A DNA stretch of 17,391 nt from Tubiluchus corallicola (taxonomy: Eukaryota; Animalia; Priapulida), in NCBI GenBank assembly GCA_030141605.1, contig JAQGDQ010002031.1, positions 1-17,391 of the forward strand, in the 5' to 3' direction. Shown here piece after piece: positions 1-11,567 of this stretch (positions are counted from its first letter, which is position 1; every line of letters begins with the position of its first letter). Both the position numbers and the translations under genes were made by a program. A model generated the notes under the pieces. That model ran no database searches. It was given only the letters and a program-made list of their open reading frames with translations, and was not told where the DNA came from.

Positions 1-32
1 TATAATGTCGATGACGTATTATGTAAGATTGA

Positions 33-722
<690 letters not shown>

Positions 723-874
723 TAAGCTTTTAGGGCAGTGTGCACTTCAAGCACTCTTTTCATGTTTGTTTATTGCAAACTTGCTGTTAAGAAATGTTGC
801 AAGCTGTTAATTTCGTAATCTGGTTATGACTTGGCGCATAGGCCTATTGATTAACAGCTATAAATTTGACAGGA

Positions 875-930
875 ATGATCAGCAGGTAGAGAGCCGTGAG
901 TTCGATTCCAGTGTGGACTGATTTTTTTTC
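875..930 (+). mobile_element. Possible tRNA-derived SINE head fragment (Pol III B-box)
   Basis: gagttcgattcc at ~898-909 resembles the B-box consensus GGTTCGANNCC and is followed by a T-run. There is no full cloverleaf. Confidence 0.3.
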
Positions 931-1053
931 CAACTCTGCCGAAGGCTTCCAAACTGTAGTGACTGCAGGGATTCTGTAATGATGATAATATGTAGCTACT
1001 GTTGAAATGTTTTAGGAGCATTTTAACACTTTTTTAAACTAATGGTGTCACTA

Positions 1054-1978
<925 letters not shown>

Positions 1979-2065
1979 TCACAGTCATAATCTAACTAAT
2001 TAATGTTATTGTTATTATTATTAACTAATATTAACCTCATTGTTATTTCCTTCGCTACTTAACAG

Positions 2066-2214
2066 TTTCTGACGAAGCAAATCGAACAAATGAGAGAATG
2101 GAACGAAACGCGGTTCAAAGTTTACGATCAGCTGGATAGTTCCATACTGGAACTAGAGAACAAGAACGAAGAGCTAAAGAGGAACGCAAGACAGGATAGA
2201 GACAGGATAGATAG
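2066..2214 (+). CDS. CDR2: CDR2-like exon 2 (149 nt)
   Basis: The acceptor is ttccttcgctacttaacag|2066 and the donor is AG|gtaaac (phase 2). It encodes FLTKQIEQMREWNETRFKVYDQLDSSILELENKNEELKRNARQDRDRID(R), colinear with CDR2 [37 protein letters not shown]. Confidence 0.92.
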
Positions 2215-2923
2215 GTAAACAAATTTAAGTCTAGTATTCCTGGTTAATTCATTGTCGGCCTATAGCTAAAATTAGCTGGGGTGCCGCCTCAGAAAATTGT
2301 TTTAATACTGTGTAAGACGAAACAAACGTCTGTAATTTTATTGTTGTAATTGTAATTTTAAACAAACAAACATACGAAAAATTATGCATAAACTTGATAA
2401 AATCCTAAACACAAAAATATTTTTTGCTTACTAATAGCCTAAATTGTCACAGTTCAAGAATTTGCCGGTACGCGGTTTTTAAGAAGGTAACGACTGAAAA
2501 CAAACTGTGTGAGCGACAGTACTCTTTCTACCTAGGAGCAAACGCTAGCAGTGCAGCCTACATCGTGTTATCTCAGACATATACGCATGCGCACTACAGC
2601 CAAACACATCACGTTGCTTGGACTGTGAAGCAAACAGTACTACCCTCACCTGCTCTCGTTCCGTACAATTATAAAGAAAGAACTAAAGAAAAAAGACTTA
2701 TTATACTGAATATTATCGATAATATTGAGTGAAAATAGGGGGAGCTGCAGTTCCATACAGTACCTACACACGAGCCGCCATTGACGTTCTATATAAATGA
2801 ATAAACGAACAATATTTTTACAAAAAGGTTGCCCAAAACGTTTTTTGAGAAAAAAAGGGTTACCAGGTAGAAAATAAGAGAGTATTTTTTCTGGAACAGC
2901 CTGTAGATCAATAAATTTTGCAG

Positions 2924-3142
2924 GTTAACTGCATCACTGCAATCATCGGAGAAGCAAGTCGAAGAACTACAAATGAAAGTGGAGAATCTTCAGCAAGTAG
3001 AGAAAGAATGGAAACAATTGAAACAGCAGGAACGGAAGCAGCAAAACATGCCTCCAGAACCGGGCGCCATTAGAAGATACAGAAGTTGCGAAAACGGATT
3101 CACAGATGGCGCTACGCTGTCACTCGAAGAAGAAACGAAAAG
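2924..3142 (+). CDS. CDR2: CDR2-like exon 3 (219 nt)
   Basis: The acceptor is aaattttgcag|2924 and the donor is AG|gtatcg (phase 2 at both ends). It encodes LTASLQSSEKQVEELQMKVENLQQVEKEWKQLKQQERKQQNMPPEPGAIRRYRSCENGFTDGATLSLEEETK(R), a coiled-coil continuation. Confidence 0.88.
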
Positions 3143-3166
3143 GTATCGTTAGTAAAATGTTTGTCT

Positions 3167-3334
3167 TTCAATTCAATTAAATTCAATTTTAATTTATTTA
3201 TCTCTTTATAATAAAACATGATTAATAAAAGAATTTCTAATAAGTTTTGAAAAATGGTTAAAATGTACAGAAAGATCTAGAACTAGAGAAAGGATAGCAA
3301 AAAGACCATAATGTCACCTAGTCTGCTATCCTTT
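3167..3334 (-). mobile_element. Possible 3' end of a LINE/SINE (stem-loop plus short-repeat tail) in intron 3
   Basis: A perfect 11-bp inverted repeat aaaggatagca (3289-3299) / tgctatccttt (3324-3334) is present. On the minus strand it is followed by aataaa and an (attga)n-like tail at 3167-3200, an arrangement typical of CR1/L2-group 3' ends. Confidence 0.35.
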
Positions 3335-4070
3335 ACCGAATATAGATAAATGATTTTTAGATACTGGTGGGCATTAATGTTATCAGTTTAATTTAGGAAA
3401 CATTAGTAATTTTAAAATTATGACATTTGCTATATAATCCAGAGAAAAGAATATACATGCAGTTTAAATTAGTGGTCAACAAAATAAGGTCAATCTTGAT
3501 TAAACTAAAAATAGCATTTAGATTTTATGTGAAAAACAGGTCAAAATTGTTATGAAACGATAAAAACACTTTGTGTTAATAATGCACTTAATCAACAACA
3601 GGAGTTAAATACATTTTCATTTGACTTCAACTTCATTATTTCTAGACTTATTGATTAAGAACAAATCTACTGACTTGGACAATAATACTAAATAATATAA
3701 TTCTCAATATACTGATAAGACAAACATTTAGCTATACAGGTTTTTTAGTAATTTCATAAAGGAGAGGTAAGACTTGTGCAATCTGTGAACAACACCTAAA
3801 TCTTTACTCATAAAATAAAAGATTAATTGAGTATTAAAGTACATTTTCTGAGCCACAGATTCATGCCATGCTGTAGAATTTTCAGCTTTATGAATATTAA
3901 AGTCGTTAGGATTATTAAGTTTGGTAAAGCGTAGCCATTTAGAACTACATTATGACGAATCTTAATAATATTTTCCACCACCAAATTGGTCTTATTTCTG
4001 TTGACAAAAAAGTGTGGCACAGCTAACATTTTTGACATCCAAAAAGTCTAAAGTTTTCTCTTCATTTTAG

Positions 4071-4267
4071 GCTTCACGAGAGTGTACGATTTTTACATTC
4101 ACAAATTAACACGGAGAGGAAGAAATCAGAGAAACTCCAGGTGGATCTGTTTCGTTCCACACTTGAGAATAATGTCTTTGAGAAGAAACTGCGTGACGTG
4201 GAGAGTCGATATAAAGACAAGCTGTCCATGATGCAATCAGAGCTTCAAGCAGTGAAAATAAACTATG
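4071..4267 (+). CDS. CDR2: CDR2-like exon 4 (197 nt)
   Basis: The acceptor is ttttctcttcattttag|4071 and the donor is G|gtaagc (phase 1). It encodes LHESVRFLHSQINTERKKSEKLQVDLFRSTLENNVFEKKLRDVESRYKDKLSMMQSELQAVKINY(G), similar to CDR2 LKKTVTMLQAQLSLERQKR...EN.ELE. Confidence 0.88.
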
Positions 4268-4280
4268 GTAAGCCAAACTA

Positions 4281-4357
4281 CTAGTAGTAGTGGTAGTAGT
4301 AGCAGCAGCAGCAGTAGTAGTAGTAGTAGTGGTAGTAGTAGTAGTAGTAGTGGTAGT

Positions 4358-4421
<64 letters not shown>

Positions 4422-4492
4422 ATGGTAGTAGTAGTAGTAGCAGTAGTAGTAGTAGTAGTAGTAGTGGTAGTAGTAGTAGTAGTGGTGGTAGT

Positions 4493-4524
<32 letters not shown>

Positions 4525-4544
4525 CAGTAGCAGTAGCAGTAGTG

Positions 4545-4632
<88 letters not shown>

Positions 4633-5018
4633 CAGCAGCAGCAGCAGCAGCAGTAGTAATGGTAGTAGTAGTAGTAGTAGTAGCAGCAGCAGCAGTAGTA
4701 GTAGTACTACTAGTAGTAGTAGTGATAGTAGTATGGTAGTAGTAGTATTAGTAATATTAGTAGTAGATTAGCAACAGCAGCAGCAAAAGCAACAGCAGCA
4801 ACAGTAGCAACAGTAGCGGCAGCAACAGCAGCAGCAGTAGCAACAGCAACAGCAGTAGCAGCAGTAGCAACAGTAGCAACAGCAACATCAGCAGCAGCAG
4901 TAGCAGTAGCAAAAACAACAGCAACGGCAACAACAGCAACAGCAGGAGCAGCAGGAGCAGCAACAGCAGCAACAGCAGCAACCACAGCAACAACAGCAAC
5001 AACACCAGCAACAGCAGT

Positions 5019-5049
<31 letters not shown>

Positions 5050-5104
5050 ACAGCAACATCAGCAGCAGCAGTAGCAGTAGCAAAAGCAAAAGCATTAACA
5101 GCAA

Positions 5105-5139
<35 letters not shown>

Positions 5140-5196
5140 ACAGCAACGGCAACAGCAGGAGCAACAACAGCAGCAGCAACAACAACAACAGCAGCA
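4281..5196. repeat. Compound trinucleotide microsatellite (TAG/CAG/TGG grading into CAG/CAA) filling almost all of intron 4
   Basis: Directly visible. It is the source of the poly-Ser, poly-Val/Ala and poly-Leu ORFs. Confidence 0.97.
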
Positions 5197-5236
5197 AAGT
5201 TGCAAAACACAACGTTCTAATTCTCATTTTTTTCAG

Positions 5237-5604
5237 GTAAAATTTGCAAAAAATGTAAAGGCAGTTTAGATCTGGAGAAGCTAGATTTAGAGAAAGAACT
5301 CGATGAAGACATCAAGGAGCTTCAAGACCCTGAAGTTCTGCGCACGCATCCTGGTGCTAGCGTCTATGGCAACCGTGACACATTCATGGCCAATGAGTGT
5401 ATGATGCAGTCTCTACAGGGACAACCATTGCTGTCCGAGATTCATACACATTACCGGAAACTAGTGGAGAAATATGAGGAGATTCTGCAGAAGAGGGGAA
5501 GGAGGAGTTTCCTCAGTACCTCCAATGACGACATACTGCATTTAGTTTGCAAGGAATGTCACCAGAGGGAGGATGGGTCGCCAATGATTAATACAGAAGC
5601 ACAG
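5237..5604 (+). CDS. CDR2: CDR2-like exon 5 (368 nt)
   Basis: A branch-point-like ctaat lies at 5217, the acceptor is ttctcatttttttcag|5237, and the donor is CAG|gtaaga (phase 0). It encodes (G)KICKKCKGSLDLEKLDLEKELDEDIKELQDPEVLRTHPGASVYGNRDTFMANECMMQSLQGQPLLSEIHTHYRKLVEKYEEILQKRGRRSFLSTSNDDILHLVCKECHQREDGSPMINTEAQ. GQPLLSEIHTHYRKLVEKYEEILQK matches CDR2 GISLLHEVDTQYSALKVKYEELLKK. Confidence 0.9.
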
Positions 5605-6930
5605 GTAAGATGGCTGCCACACAAACAGGTAAGATGGCTGTCACAGAAACAAGATTAGTCAAAATTTATCAAACAACTGAACAGGGGAAATGTTTAATAT
5701 AGAAGCACAGGTAAGATGGCTGCCACAAAAACAAGATTAGTCAAAATTTATCAGACAACTGAACAGGGGAAATGTTTAATACAGAAGCACAGGTAAGATG
5801 GCTGCCACAAAAACAAGATTAGTCAAAATTTATCAAACAACTGAACAGGGGAAATGTTTAATATAGAAGCACAGGTAAGATGGCTGCCACAAAAACAAGA
5901 TTAGTCAAAATTTATCAGACAACTGAACAGGGGAAATGTTTAATACAGAAGCACAGGTAAGATGGCTGCCACGCAAACACGATTAGTCAAAATTTATCAA
6001 ACAACTGAACAGGGGAAATGTTTAATATAGAAGCACAGGTAAGATGGCTGCCACGCAAACAAGATTAGTCAAAATTTATCAGACAACTGAACAGGGGAAA
6101 TGTTTAATATAGAAGCACAGGTAAGATGGCTGCCACACAAACAGGTAAGATGGCTGCCACAGAAACAAGATTAGTCAAAATTTATCAAACAACTGAACAG
6201 GGGAAATGTTTAATATAGAAGCACAGGTAAGATGGCTGCCACAAAAACAAGATTAGTCAAAATTTATCAGACAACTGAACAGGGGAAATGTTTAATACAG
6301 AAGCACAGGTAAGATGGCTGCCACGCAAACACGATTAGTCTAAATTTATGAACAACTGAACAGGGGAAATGGTTAATATAGAAGCACAGGTAAGATGGCT
6401 GCCACACAAACAGGTAAGATGGCTGCCACGCAAACACGATTAGTCTAAATTTATGAACAACTGAACAGGGGAAATGGTTAATATAGAAGCACAGGTAAGA
6501 TGGCTGCCACACAAACACGATTAGTCTAAATTTATGAACAACTGAACAGGGGAAATGGTTAATATAGAAGCACAGGTAAGATGGCTGCCACACAAACAGG
6601 TAAGATGGCTGCCACGCAAACACGATTAGTCTAAATTTATCAAACAACTGAACAGGGAAAATGTTTAATATAGAAGCACAGGTAAGATGGCTGCCACGCA
6701 AACACGATTAGTCAAAATTTATCAAACAACTGAACAGGGAAAATGTTTAATACAGAAGCACAGGTAAGATGGCTGCCACACAAACACGATTAGTCAAAAT
6801 TTATCAAACAACTGAACAGGGAAAATGTTTAATACAGAAGCACAGGTAAGATGGCTGCCACACAAACACGATTAGTCTAAATTTATCAACAACTGAACAG
6901 GGGAAATATTTAATACAGAAGCACAAGTTA
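5583..6930 (+). repeat. Minisatellite of 15 units of 81-82 bp plus four 24-bp sub-units, built around the exon-5 splice donor
   Basis: The unit is gtaagatggctgccacaaaaacaagattagtcaaaatttatcaaacaactgaacaggggaaatgtttaatatagaagcacag. Donor GTs at 5711, 5793, 5875, 5957, 6039 and 6121 give a period of 82. Confidence 0.97.
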
Positions 6931-7106
6931 GATATTTGTCAGGAAACACAGGTAAAATGATTAGCAGACGAGCCCAAAGGTAATATGATAGTAGCCGGTA
7001 AAGGTGAGAGAAAAGTGACTGTAATGTATGTACCTTAAAAGCAGGTAAGGTTAGGTAAGACAAAGTAAATGTCAGGTATAATACAAGTAGTGACAACAAC
7101 TTTAAG

Positions 7107-7368
7107 GTGATTTTACTAATTACACGAGGCGCTTATCACACTTTTATTACTAAATCCTTCGAACATTGAAATCAACCTAACTTCCCAGAAGGCTTGACTT
7201 TTCCTTTAAACGAAAGATTTCTACGCATGCGTACAGTAAAGTGATTTTACTAATTACACGAGACGTTTATCACACTTTTATTATTAAATCCTTCGAACAT
7301 TGAAATCATCCTAACTTCTCAGAAGGCTTGACTTTTCCTTTAAACAAAAGATTTCTACGCATGCGTAC
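7107..7368. repeat. Tandem duplication, period 134 bp (two copies), just upstream of the exon-6 acceptor
   Basis: gtgattttactaattacacgag...atttctacgcatgcgtac occurs at 7107-7234 and 7241-7368 with few substitutions. Confidence 0.93.
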
Positions 7369-7401
7369 CGTATTATAACGCTTGATTTCCTTTCTCTGCA
7401 G

Positions 7402-7644
7402 ACTGAAGGTTGTGCCACGGCAGCTTGCGAAAGTTCTGGACTTTACAAGAATCCCCATATTGCCCAGTCAGACTCCAACATCGTCAATCGTCGCTTTCAG
7501 CACGGACCGCCCGAATACAAGAAGTTGTTTGCTGAAATATTCGACACTCTGAGAAAACAGTGCATCGTGGAGGCAAGATCGGCACCTTCCGGTAGAAAGC
7601 TTGGTGCCAATTCAAACCTTGGTGCAAGAGACAAGGCAACGTAA
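7402..7644 (+). CDS. CDR2: CDR2-like last coding exon (stop TAA 7642-7644)
   Basis: The acceptor is tttcctttctctgcag|7402 (phase 0). It encodes TEGCATAACESSGLYKNPHIAQSDSNIVNRRFQHGPPEYKKLFAEIFDTLRKQCIVEARSAPSGRKLGANSNLGARDKAT*. PPEYKKLFAEIF matches the conserved CDR2 C-terminal helix PPEYKALFKEIF. Confidence 0.9.
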   Translation, partial: TEGCATAACESSGLYKNPHIAQSDSNIVNRRFQHGPPEYKKLFAEIFDTLRKQCIVEARSAPSGRKLGANSNLGARDKAT

Positions 7645-7859
7645 CAGAACACGTGGCTTAATTTTGTTAATTTTTCTGTGAGTTTCAGTTAAATTTTGGA
7701 GTTCTGTTAAAGTCAAACTAAACATTCGCTGTAATACAAGCTTTAACAGTGTAAAATCCTAATCTCATTACGAATATTCAATTTATTTCATTATAAACTT
7801 TCTGTAAAACTGGTTTCTTTTGATTTTTTATCACTTCTTTGTTAGTGGTATTAAGTTTA

Positions 7860-7916
7860 TACACACACACACACGCACGCACGCACACACACATGCACGC
7901 ACAATACATACACTCA

Positions 7917-8013
<97 letters not shown>

Positions 8014-8083
8014 GCACACACACACACACATACATACACAAACACACATGCACGCACACACATACATAGACAAACACACACAC

Positions 8084-8115
<32 letters not shown>

Positions 8116-8125
8116 GCACACACAT

Positions 8126-8168
<43 letters not shown>

Positions 8169-8272
8169 CGCACATACATAGACAAACACACATACACACG
8201 CACGCACACACACACACAAACACACACAAACACACACATACATACACAAACACACACACACACATACATAGA

Positions 8273-8332
<60 letters not shown>
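7860..8332. repeat. Imperfect (CA)n microsatellite
   Basis: Directly visible. It is the source of the HT/CV repeat ORFs. Confidence 0.98.
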
Positions 8333-8334
<2 letters not shown>

Positions 8335-8350
8335 CTTTTTACCCTCTCAG

Positions 8351-8550
8351 CACCTGTTCCACTGGCATGGAGGACGCAAGAAGAGCAAACTGGCAGTTTA
8401 TGGTGAAATTTTGCTGCTTCTATACGTTTATCTAAAGATTTTTTGCACAATCACGTTAACGCTGTACCAGCACCAACCGATTTCGTTACCGTATTCGAAA
8501 TCACCGTGTTCGATGTTCTATTTTCGTTCTAATAAAATTCAAAATGAATT
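8351..8550 (+). other. Putative terminal (3'UTR) exon of the CDR2-like gene
   Basis: A strong acceptor tgctttttaccctctcag|8351 follows the (CA)n. A candidate donor gtgagt lies at 7678, 33 nt after the stop codon, and AATAAA lies at 8531-8536. The 3' end is approximate. Confidence 0.45.
8531..8536 (+). promoter_or_regulatory. Candidate polyadenylation signal AATAAA
   Basis: The hexamer lies downstream of the stop codon and the putative terminal exon start, and is followed by a T-rich tract. Confidence 0.4.
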
Positions 8551-8982
8551 TATTTTGATAAAATCTACATTTATCGCTTAATTATTGTACCATGAATTAA
8601 CGTAATTATTAACAACGCACGAATTTTAAGTGTAAGGACAACATTAAGTAATTTATTTAGTAATTTATTAATAGTAACTCAGTAATTTATTTAAAAATTA
8701 ATTTTTTTACACTTTTCTTACCTCTTACGTCAAAGAAACATATGCCAAATGTTATACATTTTCACATTTCAATACACTAACACAACTATGTACTAAATAA
8801 TTTAATATTTAATATAATAATATAATTTCTAAGTGATTGGTTATTATTGTATTATTATTGATTTTTTACTGCGTGGGTAACTTCTTGAACAAGCAGAATC
8901 TAAGACTACCCCTCTTGCCCACTTCTCCCACTTCGTATCATACATTACCCCATTTGAACTACGGTAAAAGTATGCATTTTAA

Positions 8983-9798
8983 CCCTTATAGGTCACGATT
9001 TTTTACAACCGATTTTGGTAACCGGGGGGGGGGGTAAAGAATTACCCCCACCATAATTCGTAAATTACTTTTGATAAACCGCCGTGTTTCATTAGTAAAC
9101 AGCAACAGCATAATTTGTGGTTGTGCTGACCATCATAGGATACATTATACCTCTGCTTAAAGACACGTCACATAACTATTTACTAACCGGGCCCTGTGCT
9201 ACTTAACTTTCGTGGCCAAAGACACCCTATTCATTCAAGATGCAACTTAATTTTACCAATAATATGATGATGATGGTGATGATGTCGACGACAATGATGA
9301 TGATGATGACGATGATGATGTGATGGTGATGGTGGTGATGATGATGATAATGGTAAAGACATGTGACTTACTAGTAATACGAAATTTAAATTCACTTAGT
9401 TACGTTCCCTTATCTATGCTGGAATAACTGTAGACAACCGACATTGCTAGCGCGTGTGCAAAAATCATTGTTATTTTGAATTTATTGTCTACTACTTTCT
9501 TCTTCTAGGTGGAGTAATTTGAGTAACTGACATTTTGTTTTATCAGATACATCGCCCGTATAATGTATAGACAAGCGAAGTAAAGTTTCGACAATTTTAA
9601 AAAATCGACATATTGCATTTTCACTTTTATTTCGTGGTGAGACAATGCGCCTAAAATAAATAACTGAAAGTATTTTGTGCACAAAACATATTTAGAAAAA
9701 GTCGTAGAAAAGGTTTACTGGGATGCGTATGGTAAAAGGGTAAAATGCAAAAAACCGGTCTGGGGGTAATTTTTTACCCCCCGATGACCCTATAAGGG
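8983..9798. mobile_element. Non-autonomous piggyBac-family DNA transposon (816 bp)
   Basis: TTAA flanks both sides (8979-8982 and 9799-9802). The termini are CCCTTATAGGTCA... and ...TGACCCTATAAGGG. Asymmetrically spaced internal inverted repeats are ggggtaaagaattaccccca (~9031-9050) and tgggggtaattttttacccc (~9761-9780). There is no transposase ORF. Confidence 0.88.
9264..9352. repeat. Imperfect (GAT)n microsatellite inside the piggyBac element
   Basis: Directly visible. Confidence 0.9.
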
Positions 9799-9984
9799 TT
9801 AACAGAATTAGTACTGCAAAAGCGTTTCTCATAAATGTATGATAAATATAGATATAAAATAACTCATAGCTATGATGGCTTCTAAGTTGGTCTTCAACTG
9901 AAGGTCTCTTTGTTAACGTTTATCGCTCAAAGAAATGGGGCAGTTGGTATAAATGTGTTAAACTCGTGTAGAAGAACGTGTTTA

Positions 9985-11567
9985 GTTTAATTTAAACATA
10001 ATTTATTATAGGATTGGATCAGACAGTTTGAACAACATGATTTAGGATCCTCACCACAACAGACTTTACACACTATTTACAAAAACATTTACAGTAAGAA
10101 TAGACTATAACTACACAAGCTGACAAGTTTTACGACAAGATTACATTAGACATTAGTAACATTTACAGTAAGAATTGACTATAACTACACAAGCTAACAA
10201 GTTTTACTACAAGATTACATTAGACATTAGTAACATTTACAGTAAGAATAGACTATAACTACACAAGCTAACAAGTTTTACTACAAGATTACATTAGACA
10301 TTAGTAACATTTACAGTAAGAATAGACTATAACTACACAAGCTGACAAGTTTTACTACAAGATTACATTAGACATTAGTAACATTTACAGTAAGAATAGA
10401 CAATATCTACACAAGCTGACAAGTTTTACTACAAGATTACATTAAACATTAGTAACATTTACAGTAAGAATAAACTATAACTACACAAGCTAACAAGTTT
10501 TACTACAAGATTACATTAGACATTAGTAACATTTACAGTAAGAATAGACTATAACTACTCAAGCTGACAAGTTTTACTACAAGATTACATTAAACATTAG
10601 TAACATTTACAGTAAGAATAGACAATAACTACACAAGCTAACAAGTTTTACTACAAGATTACATTAGACATTAGTAACATTTACAGTAAGAATAGACTAT
10701 AACTACACAAGCTAACAAGTTTTACTACAAGATTACATTAGACAATAGTAACATTTACAGTAAGAATAGACTATAACTACTCAAGCTGACAAGTTTTACT
10801 ACAAGATTACATTAAACATTAGTAACATTTACAGTAAGAATAGACTATAACTACACAAGCTGACAAGTTTTACTACAAGATTACATTAAACATTAGTAAC
10901 ATTTACAGTAAGAATAGACTATAACTACTCAAGCTGACAAGTTTTACTACAAGATTACATTAAACATTAGTAACATTTACAGTAAGAATAGACTATAACT
11001 ACACAAGCTGACAAGTTTTACTACAAGATTACATTAAACATTAGTAACATTTACAGTAAGAATAGACTATAACTACACAAGCTAACAAGTTTTACTACAA
11101 GATTACATTAGACAATAGTAACATTTACAGTAAGAATAGACTATAACTACTCAAGCTGACAAGTTTTACTACAAGATTACATTAAACATTAGTAACATTT
11201 ACAGTAAGAATAGACTATAACTACACAAGCTGACAAGTTTTACGACAAGAATACATTAGACATCAGTAGAAAATGGCGGTTATAAAATATTAATGTACGA
11301 ATATTTTAGACTGATGCATTTCATATAAGATGTAAGTACGTAATATAAGGTCATGTATGCATTGGAATATTTTACAGTTAGCAACATAGTTAAATTCATC
11401 TTTTCCGAATAATAACAACTTCAACAGATCATTAGTTCCTAAAGCAGCTATATTAAGGTTTTCAGGCTGAAGTATTTCATTTAATTTATCAAACATAACA
11501 ACCCTAGTTTGTTGATACAATGGACAGTGCAACAAAAAGTGTTCAACAGACTCAAATCGAAATCCGC
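9985..11567 (-). mobile_element. 5'-truncated non-LTR retrotransposon (LINE, probably CR1/L2-group) with 12-bp target-site duplication
   Basis: The direct repeat agaacgtgttta occurs at 9973-9984 and 11568-11579. A minus-strand ORF2 C-terminal remnant sits at the right end, and a minus-strand aataaa (~10002-10007) with a short AT-rich tail sits at the left end. Confidence 0.78.
10084..11267. repeat. Tandem array of 16 x 74 bp
   Basis: The unit is aacatttacagtaagaatagactataactacacaagctgacaagttttactacaagattacattagacattagt. The period is a constant 74 (10084, 10158 ... 11194), with substitutions only and no spacers. Confidence 0.98.

Noticed and set aside
2424-4038. Short ORFs 2424-2732 (+) and 3823-4038 (-)
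   Set aside because: They are intronic with no recognisable domain, and are consistent with chance ORFs. The same applies to the short ORFs at 6872, 8837, 9482, 12723, 13317, 14368 and 16752, most of which lie in repeats.
4265-5227. Poly-Ser, poly-Val/Ala, poly-Leu and antifreeze-like Ala-rich ORFs
   Set aside because: They come from an intronic microsatellite between well-supported exons 4 and 5.
5583-6930. CRISPR array, or an array of tandem coding microexons
   Set aside because: There are no unique spacers. The AG-to-GT segment (gggaaatgtttaatatagaagcacag) is 26 nt, is not frame-preserving and lacks a pyrimidine tract. ORF 6267-6701 (-) is only the translated repeat.
7778-8581. His/Thr- and Cys/Val-repeat ORFs
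   Set aside because: These are translations of the (CA)n repeat.
10084-11267. CRISPR-like array
   Set aside because: The units are contiguous near-identical 74-mers with no unique spacers and no cas genes nearby, and the context is a eukaryotic LINE 3'UTR.
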